From the NCBI GenBank assembly GCA_043812515.1, contig JBDRMC010000001.1, forward strand, positions 1 through 38,618: a DNA stretch of 38,618 bases. The letters run 5' to 3'. The position numbers and the translations under genes were made by a program. Under the pieces are notes generated by a model. That model ran no database searches. It saw only the letters and a program-made list of their open reading frames with translations, and had not been told where the DNA came from. Positions 10,163-16,440 of the stretch are shown in pieces (positions within the stretch are counted from its first letter, which is position 1; the number at the start of each line of letters is the position of its first letter). The stretch comes from Patescibacteria group bacterium. GTDB lineage: Bacteria > Patescibacteriota > Minisyncoccia > UBA10092.

Positions 10163-10561
10163 TTATTTATTTAGATAAGTAATAGTTAATTGTAAAACTG
10201 TTGCAAACGAAGCCCATAGCAAATACGGAATTTGGATATATGCAATCCAGCGCGCATGCGGATAAATGGCCGCCATCGCCCAAACAAGCGTGCCTAAAAT
10301 CAACAAAATATCAATTGCCGCTAATAAATTATTTTTGAGTCCGAATTGCAAATAAGTAAAAGAAAAATTGAAAATAAGATTGAGGATAAATGGCAAAGCA
10401 ACCATAAATGGAATTTGATTCCGCCAGACCATATAAAACACCTTGCCAAAAGATAAGGCCATCAAAGCGTAAAGAAAAGTCCACACCGGGCCGAAAAGCC
10501 AGCTTGGCGGCGACCATGTCGGCTTTATTAAAGTTGAATACCAATTATACGCGCTGTTCAT
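10163..10561 (-). CDS. tspO: TspO/MBR tryptophan-rich sensory protein
   Basis: WYSTLIKPTWSPPSWLFGPVWTFLY and PYLLWASFATVL. Confidence 0.93.
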   Translation of the reverse strand: MNSAYNWYSTLIKPTWSPPSWLFGPVWTFLYALMALSFGKVFYMVWRNQIPFMVALPFILNLIFNFSFTYLQFGLKNNLLAAIDILLILGTLVWAMAAIYPHARWIAYIQIPYLLWASFATVLQLTITYLNK

Positions 10562-10581
10562 ATTTTTATTATACCACTTTT

Positions 10582-10663
10582 TTATTTATCTCCGGAATTG
10601 ATGATGATGGCGACAATAATCCCCACAACCACCACCCCCGATTATTATTAAAATTGAAATCAT
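10582..10663 (-). pseudogene. frameshifted copy of the 26-aa hydrophobic peptide gene at 11552..11632
   Basis: Near-identical DNA with one extra C in the run at 10635-10639 (82 vs 81 bp). Confidence 0.6.
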
Positions 10664-10697
10664 GTTTTAGAGATTTTAATTTTTTTGGCCAACTTCT

Positions 10698-10735
10698 ACA
10701 ACATTCTCACATTCTGCAGAATGTGAGAATGTTGT
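10698..10735. repeat. 38-bp perfect palindrome, ATTCTGCAGAAT-core family copy 1
   Basis: acaacattctcacattctg|cagaatgtgagaatgttgt. Confidence 0.95.
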
Positions 10736-11013
10736 TAGTTGGGAAAGGTTTTAATAAACTTACAAAAGGTCTTGCCATAGGGCGAGAGAGAATGAGCGAC
10801 TTCCCTGCCCTGATACTTTTTATCAACCAGGCCGGCCTGAACTAACTTTCTGGTGTGTTCGGAAATAGTTTTCATATTGCAATCCAGCTCATCGGCAATC
10901 TTCTCTAAACTAATGCCATCGTTACTGGCAATCAAATTCAATATATCAATGCGACGGTGATTGGCCACACCTTTGAAATGTCTTTCCAATTGTTTAGCGG
11001 TTTTCGTTTGCAT
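10735..11013 (-). CDS. ArsR/SmtB-family winged HTH regulator
   Basis: FKGVANHRRIDIL...IADEL....TISEHTRKLVQAGLV. Confidence 0.88.
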   Translation of the reverse strand: MQTKTAKQLERHFKGVANHRRIDILNLIASNDGISLEKIADELDCNMKTISEHTRKLVQAGLVDKKYQGREVAHSLSPYGKTFCKFIKTFPN

Positions 11014-11045
11014 ACTCCCCCATTTTACAACACTTTAAAAAACAT

Positions 11046-11069
11046 TCCAACATTCTGCAGAATGTTGGA
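11046..11069. repeat. 24-bp palindrome, family copy 2
   Basis: tccaacattctg|cagaatgttgga. Confidence 0.92.
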
Positions 11070-11078
11070 GTATCTATT

Positions 11079-11477
11079 TTATCTTTCCCATTCTTTAATA
11101 TCTGGATGAAAATCAACTTGATGTTCAGGAATTCCTAAAGAAATTCCGTATTCTTTCGCCTCGTTATATTGTTCTTTGTTTTTTCTATCAATTTTGAAAA
11201 CTTTATCGCGAAAAATTATAAAATGCGTTTCGTCATTTTTAAAATCCGCGTACCAGGAACCGCCATGTCCCCTATCGAGCGCATGACTTATTTCCTCGGC
11301 AATCGCCTCCGCTTTATCTTCAGGAATTTCTACGGTATGCAAAGTCCACTGTTTAAGCCAAGGAGTTTCATGCTCGTTAGTCACCGGCTCAACTTCGGTC
11401 TCTAAAATCTTGACCTCTTTTAAAACACCCGTATTTTCTAAACTTTCTTCAATTATTACACCTTTATAATTTTTCAT
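11079..11477 (-). CDS. hypothetical protein (132 aa, soluble)
   Basis: Clean ORF, YKGVIIEESL...WTLHTV...WYADFKN; no function recognised. Confidence 0.8.
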   Translation of the reverse strand: MKNYKGVIIEESLENTGVLKEVKILETEVEPVTNEHETPWLKQWTLHTVEIPEDKAEAIAEEISHALDRGHGGSWYADFKNDETHFIIFRDKVFKIDRKNKEQYNEAKEYGISLGIPEHQVDFHPDIKEWER

Positions 11478-11520
11478 AAATTTATTTTCAAATTTCTTAT
11501 TAATTCAATACTATACTATG

Positions 11521-11552
11521 ACATTCTCATATTCTGCAGAATGTTGGAGTGT
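11521..11552. repeat. imperfect palindrome, family copy 3
   Basis: acattctcatattctgcagaatgttggagtgt; left arm resembles copy 1, right arm resembles copy 2. Confidence 0.88.
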
Positions 11553-11632
11553 TATTTATCTCCGGAATTGATGATGATGGCGACAATAATCCCCACAACC
11601 ACCACCCCGATTACTATTAAAATTGAGAGCAT
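11552..11632 (-). CDS. small single-TM peptide MLSILIVIGVVVVGIIVAIIINSGDK (26 aa)
   Basis: ATG..TAA ORF of 81 bp read by hand (below the ORF-track cutoff); second copy at 10582..10663. Confidence 0.55.
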   Translation of the reverse strand: MLSILIVIGVVVVGIIVAIIINSGDK

Positions 11633-11652
11633 GGTTTTATTGGCTGATTTTT

Positions 11653-11690
11653 ACAACACTCTCACATTCTGCAGAATGTGAGAGTGTTGT
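11653..11690. repeat. 38-bp perfect palindrome, family copy 4
   Basis: acaacactctcacattctg|cagaatgtgagagtgttgt; compensatory change relative to copy 1. Confidence 0.95.
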
Positions 11691-11703
11691 TATTGAGTTA
11701 GTT

Positions 11704-11766
11704 TTATCTTTCCCATTTTTTAATGTCCGGATGAAAATCAACAATCGCGCCTTTATAATTTCCTAT
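11704..11766 (-). pseudogene. internally deleted remnant of a homolog of 11079..11477
   Basis: Reads IGNYKGAI-VDFHPDIKKWER*, versus MKNYKGVI...VDFHPDIKEWER*. Confidence 0.75.
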
Positions 11767-11770
11767 AAAT

Positions 11771-12526
11771 TTATTTTTTAATTATTTCTTCAGATGAAAT
11801 GAATTGTTTTTGCACATCTCTCTCGAATTGCCGTAATTCTCCTTCAGCGATGATTTGATAATAAGAGTCATTAAGTTTATTTAACGGACAGAAAAAAAGT
11901 TGCTTTGGATTTTTTGGGCTTCCTCCTATTCCAATGGCAACGAAAACCGGCAATTTATGGCTTTCGCCATATATTCTGTAATTTTTTCCCTTTCTCTTAT
12001 CCCACTCTATGCCGCCTTTATAGAAATAGGAACGATATTTACATTCAACAGCCAACATCTTCCCGGTCTTAATATGCCGAAATGTAAAATCGGGGTTGGT
12101 ATCAGATTCCACATGACGTTTAAGCACTTTAGAAAAATCTCTCGTTTTATCAACGATTACCCAAATATCTGTCGGGAAAAGTAAGGCGATATATTTTTCA
12201 AATTGATAACCCTTCCCATAATAATCATAATAACTCCAAAGAAACGTTCCGAATACAATTGCCGTCATGAAATCTATAACGCGCCAAATGTTCACGCTAT
12301 AGAGATGAATCGGAATGATAGGATTAAAAATTATAATTGCCGCAATAAAGGCAAGGAGCCAATAAAATTTTCGGCTCTGATATACGGTATAGGCAAGAGC
12401 AATCCCACTCAAAGAAACCGCCCAGCGCAGTATCGCAAAATCTCCTTGATATAAACCTACAGACGCGACCAAAAGTATTATGATAACTCCCCATATTAAA
12501 ATGCGCAGTATAATTTCAGAATTCAT
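11771..12526 (-). CDS. membrane-anchored PD-(D/E)XK nuclease-like protein (DUF6804-like TM domain fused to nuclease)
   Basis: 4 TM with IIFNPIIPIHL....W..ID; then KG.QFE...NPDF...AVECKYRS. Confidence 0.7.
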   Translation of the reverse strand: MNSEIILRILIWGVIIILLVASVGLYQGDFAILRWAVSLSGIALAYTVYQSRKFYWLLAFIAAIIIFNPIIPIHLYSVNIWRVIDFMTAIVFGTFLWSYYDYYGKGYQFEKYIALLFPTDIWVIVDKTRDFSKVLKRHVESDTNPDFTFRHIKTGKMLAVECKYRSYFYKGGIEWDKRKGKNYRIYGESHKLPVFVAIGIGGSPKNPKQLFFCPLNKLNDSYYQIIAEGELRQFERDVQKQFISSEEIIKK

Positions 12527-12565
12527 AAATTTATTTTAGTAATTTTTTTGTTAAACAAAACTAAA

Positions 12566-13051
12566 TTAATCTAAATTTAAATTTTCTTTCCACTTATCTT
12601 TGAATTTATTTTCTAAAATTTTCAAAATCTCCTTTTGTTGAAAAATTATGCGAACATTCTTTGTCCTTATTGGCTTATGATGTTTTTTATTCAACCAAAT
12701 ATTCCAATCTTTTCTAATTAAATTTTTCATCTGTTTCACATTCAAAATATAAAATTCTGGATTTTTATTTTTTAATTTTACTAGAATATACGGGCAAGTT
12801 ATTTTTTTATTTAAATCCCCGCTCATTTTTTTAATATCTTTTATTAACACGATGTGAAAATTATCTCCTGATGATGTTTTAACTTGAACTGGTAATGTTT
12901 TATATTTACCTTCTTTAAAAATAAGAATGTCGTAAGCCCTTGTATTTCTAGCTGTAATAAGTGCTATATAGCCCATCCTACTGAGTTCCGCCGCTGCGTA
13001 ATAAACACCAGTAATACCCACTAAGTTTTTTTCAAGATTTCTTTTTTTCAT
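12566..13051 (-). CDS. small PD-(D/E)XK-fold endonuclease-like protein
   Basis: G..GVYYAAAELSRMG....RN..AYDIL.....VQVKT. Confidence 0.7.
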   Translation of the reverse strand: MKKRNLEKNLVGITGVYYAAAELSRMGYIALITARNTRAYDILIFKEGKYKTLPVQVKTSSGDNFHIVLIKDIKKMSGDLNKKITCPYILVKLKNKNPEFYILNVKQMKNLIRKDWNIWLNKKHHKPIRTKNVRIIFQQKEILKILENKFKDKWKENLNLD

Positions 13052-13084
13052 AATTTTATCTTAATTTTTTTGTGGGAAACGAAG

Positions 13085-13969
13085 TCATAAGTTTAAAGTT
13101 CCAAGATAATAATCATCCCCTGAAATATTCTCATCGTCTAAAAAATCAATGGAATAGTCATAATTAGAAACGAAAACATGTACTTTTTTCCCAGCACAAT
13201 CAAGAGTTATATCCCCGGCGGAATTTTGTGTTAGTGTACTGTAATTGCAATAATAATTTAAGTCTTCCGAGGGCGCTTCACCAATGATAATGATTTTAGG
13301 ATTCATTTTCTCCAACCATTCTTCAGGCACTTTTCCTGTATCTCTACCATGATGAGGGGCAAAAAGAATATCTACCTTTGATAATTTAACAGTATCCTTT
13401 ATTTTTTCCATAAAATCGGTTTCTAAATCACCCATCCACAAAACAGATACTCCGTCTTCCACGCTATATTTAATAATCGCTGAAGTATTATTAGGACTTC
13501 CATCTTCTTCTTCTGCTATTTTTAATGCTTCTATGTAATCTTTATTGCTCGTTATCGGCCAAAGAATATCTATCCCAGCCGAACCCCTTTTTTCGCATGC
13601 CTTATTCATCCATTTTCTTGTACAGTCTCTTTCTATATAAAATGCTTTCTTACTTGAATCGCGCAGAGCGCAGTAATGCTTAAAATCTTCCGTTTCAATC
13701 TTCTTTGTTGCGTTATTTTTTATGCAATAAAAGTTGAGAATATCAATATTATCATCTAAATATTTCAGTCCTCGAAAATGGTCTTCGTCGGGATGGGTGG
13801 AAATAAATCTAGTTACACCTTTTCCTTGATGAGTATGTTTTATTTCTTTGACTATCCTCTCTTTATTATCGTCAGATAAATAGCAATCAATAATACTAAA
13901 ATTATCGCTATTATGCTTGATGTAAAATGTATCCCCGTCTCCAACTGAAAATGATTTTATAATACTCAT
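13085..13969 (-). CDS. ComEC/Rec2-type metallo-beta-lactamase-fold hydrolase (B)
   Basis: SVGDGD, ISTHPDEDH, NNTS, WMGD, APHHG. Confidence 0.88.
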   Translation of the reverse strand: MSIIKSFSVGDGDTFYIKHNSDNFSIIDCYLSDDNKERIVKEIKHTHQGKGVTRFISTHPDEDHFRGLKYLDDNIDILNFYCIKNNATKKIETEDFKHYCALRDSSKKAFYIERDCTRKWMNKACEKRGSAGIDILWPITSNKDYIEALKIAEEEDGSPNNTSAIIKYSVEDGVSVLWMGDLETDFMEKIKDTVKLSKVDILFAPHHGRDTGKVPEEWLEKMNPKIIIIGEAPSEDLNYYCNYSTLTQNSAGDITLDCAGKKVHVFVSNYDYSIDFLDDENISGDDYYLGTLNL

Positions 13970-14460
13970 ACTTTTTTGTTTCTTGCTTCAATCCGGCGAG
14001 TAATGTATTTAGTTTGTTTCCAATATGCACAAAGAAATATAATCAAAAGTATAATGGTTAGAATATATGGACTGTAAGTCCCTAATACCGGAAATTTATA
14101 CTCAATTGCGCTATAAAATTTCAAAAGGAGGAGTAGAGAAAATAAAGAACAAAATGTTCTGTACATATTATTTGCTTCCAAAAGTATTTCAATTTTAGGA
14201 TCTTCTTTAGAAGCACATACGAATTCGGGATAGGACGAAAATTTTAAATATAAAATTTTTCTCAGCAACGGTTCAATTACCAACGAACCAAACCTGCTTA
14301 TCACTAAACCAATAAAATAATAAACAAAAACACCTATAATAATATTTTCTTGAATAAAATGAAATGACATAAACTCGTCAGCAATAACGGCAAAGAGTAT
14401 CCCCGGCAAGAGGTAATTAAAAAGATTGTATGAAGTTAATTTGTTTAAAAAGTCGTTCAT
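13966..14460 (-). CDS. uncharacterised ~4-TM membrane protein
   Basis: SYNLFNYLLPGILF...; hydrophobic helices; ATGA overlap with the downstream gene and 1-nt gap to the upstream gene. Confidence 0.8.
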   Translation of the reverse strand: MNDFLNKLTSYNLFNYLLPGILFAVIADEFMSFHFIQENIIIGVFVYYFIGLVISRFGSLVIEPLLRKILYLKFSSYPEFVCASKEDPKIEILLEANNMYRTFCSLFSLLLLLKFYSAIEYKFPVLGTYSPYILTIILLIIFLCAYWKQTKYITRRIEARNKKV

Positions 14461-14461
14461 A

Positions 14462-15514
14462 TTATTCCTCAACTATTGAATGAAATGGCTCTGCTATTGC
14501 CGAACCCCAACCACGTCCATTCCCACCATTGTGATGGAGAAGCGGGACACCACGCGTTACAAATACATTGGCTCCATACTTTTGTAGACCATTAGTGACT
14601 TTCTTTGCAGGATGTTTTGGTGAATCCTTTGAGGCCGACACAAAGGCAGTTCCTGCTTTAATTTTTTTCAAAACATTACTACTAATATTTCGTTTACTTC
14701 CATGATGAGGAACATCCAAAAATACCAAATCAGTGAGAAGAATACCTAAACTTTCGGCGTAAACGATAGAATTAAGCAAGGCCGTCTTCCCCGCATCACC
14801 AGTAAAAAGAAGTTTATGGTTATCGAGAGTGAAGAGTATAATCGTACTTGTATTATTCTCACCCGATGTAGTGTCTTCGTTGTCATTCAATAGATCAATA
14901 TGCCAGAAATCCTGTATGCGCTTGATAACTTCTTCTGCCACCTTTTGGACTGGTGCAAAAACACCAAATACACCTTTTGGCTCTGGAGTTGATTTAAAAA
15001 CGGCTAAAAGATTTTCATAATATTCTTGAGACGGACCTAGAATCTGCACTGCCCCATTGAAACCTGTTATGCCCTGAAATGGTTCTACAATCGGTATGTT
15101 TTTCTTGTTTGCCAACGCTTCCAGATCGCTTGCGTATTGTAGCGATTTCTCAAGTCGATCTTCCAACCCCGATGCAGTAATTTTCCCATTCTTGAAAAAG
15201 TTCTTTATGTCATTAGCATGTTCCCATGGGCGGTGCATTGCTAATTGTCCAACGTTTAATTTATCCAATACAACATATAGACCTGAAGCGTGATCAGCGT
15301 CAGGATGCGTGGAAACAATCAAATCAACACGATCTGTACCATAATAATTTTTTATGTGGTCAACCATCAACTCTCCGGACTCCTTAAAACCGCCATCAAT
15401 AACTACGACGAATTGCTGTTCTCTCGGGCCGTTTAAATTTCCAAAGCGAAGTGTGATAGCATCTCCGCTTTTTTCACCTTCGCCGACTGGAATGTAATCG
15501 ATTTCGTATGCCAT
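14462..15514 (-). CDS. ComEC/Rec2-type metallo-beta-lactamase-fold hydrolase (A)
   Basis: VGEGEKSGDA, VIDGG, STHPDADH, ENNTS, LFTGD, VPHHGS, KHP. Confidence 0.9.
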   Translation of the reverse strand: MAYEIDYIPVGEGEKSGDAITLRFGNLNGPREQQFVVVIDGGFKESGELMVDHIKNYYGTDRVDLIVSTHPDADHASGLYVVLDKLNVGQLAMHRPWEHANDIKNFFKNGKITASGLEDRLEKSLQYASDLEALANKKNIPIVEPFQGITGFNGAVQILGPSQEYYENLLAVFKSTPEPKGVFGVFAPVQKVAEEVIKRIQDFWHIDLLNDNEDTTSGENNTSTIILFTLDNHKLLFTGDAGKTALLNSIVYAESLGILLTDLVFLDVPHHGSKRNISSNVLKKIKAGTAFVSASKDSPKHPAKKVTNGLQKYGANVFVTRGVPLLHHNGGNGRGWGSAIAEPFHSIVEE

Positions 15515-15576
15515 ATTATAATTTTTTATATAATTCTCCTTTTATTTTCTGTAATTGACTATCAATTTTATTAACT

Positions 15577-15602
15577 AAAACAAGCCGGGTTGCCCCGGCT
15601 TG
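15577..15602 (-). terminator. intrinsic terminator-like hairpin in the leader of the MBL operon
   Basis: Minus strand caagccggg-gcaa-cccggcttg-tttt. Confidence 0.6.
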
Positions 15603-15645
15603 AATTCTAAGTTCTTGTCGAGGCGTCGCCTCATCTTATGCTTAT

Positions 15646-15674
15646 ATTATAGCAAATTTTAAATAAAAAATCAA
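15646..15674 (-). promoter_or_regulatory. sigma70-type promoter TTGATT-17-TATAAT with extended TG
   Basis: Minus strand ttgatt ttttatttaaaatttgc tataat. Confidence 0.65.
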
Positions 15675-15687
15675 TTTCTTAATTATT

Positions 15688-16362
15688 TCAACTTGCTATT
15701 TTTTCTCGCAACGCCTCAAAACTAATATACCGAATACAGAAATTTTCAGATTGCACTTTTTTGATAATCTCATCAAATTTATTTTCAATTTCTTTATTTA
15801 TTTTTTCATGGAATTTTGGGGGTGAATCAATAGCGTAAACAACCCATATATGCCCGCCATTTGAATTCAATTGTTCTTTTGCCTTATTTATATGATCAGT
15901 AAATTTTTTGCTAATACGGTCAATATATTCTTTTTTTATTTTTTCTACTTCATCTTCGGTAAACGCAGGACTGATATCACAAAACGATCCTTCGTTTAAT
16001 TCCTCTTGTCTTTTGCGTTCTTCAATACTATTATTGATTGTTTTAACTTCAACAAAAATATTATTTGAACGAAAATCGGGCGTTCTTTGATTTTCCTTTT
16101 CCGGTAAAAATTCTATATTATCGTAGAAGGCGCAAGCGATATTTATTTCGTGAAATACATCATTATGTTGCTCATGTGTTTCATTTTTCTTTTTGTTTGT
16201 TTTGTCTTTTAATATTTTCTTTTGTTCGGCTGATAAGTTTTTAACAAAAGAATCTATTTTTACCATATGAGCTTCTTGATAGATAGTGCCGTTTCCTCTA
16301 TCTTTTAGGTAATTTTCGAAGCCTAATTCAATAAATGATTGATATAATTTTTCATCTGCCAT
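15688..16362 (-). CDS. hypothetical protein with a PD-(D/E)XK-like motif
   Basis: FHE...RTPDF.....FVEVKTI. Confidence 0.6.
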   Translation of the reverse strand: MADEKLYQSFIELGFENYLKDRGNGTIYQEAHMVKIDSFVKNLSAEQKKILKDKTNKKKNETHEQHNDVFHEINIACAFYDNIEFLPEKENQRTPDFRSNNIFVEVKTINNSIEERKRQEELNEGSFCDISPAFTEDEVEKIKKEYIDRISKKFTDHINKAKEQLNSNGGHIWVVYAIDSPPKFHEKINKEIENKFDEIIKKVQSENFCIRYISFEALREKIAS

Positions 16363-16440
16363 AATTTTATACTTTTCGCATTGTAGTGATTTTATTTTCC
16401 AGATTTAGTTCGGTTGCATTGTTCACTATGGAAACGAGAC

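Noticed and set aside
10408-10845. 145-aa + strand ORF and the many other antisense or overlapping ORFs in the track
   Set aside because: Shadow frames of well-supported genes or repeats
10698-11690. Palindromic repeats as a CRISPR array
   Set aside because: Intervals are roughly 100-450 bp and contain genes; repeats vary in length; no cas genes
13085-15514. Antibiotic-resistance beta-lactamases or true comEC
   Set aside because: Motifs are ComEC/Rec2-type (HxDxDH, PHHG) with no signal peptide and no competence channel domain
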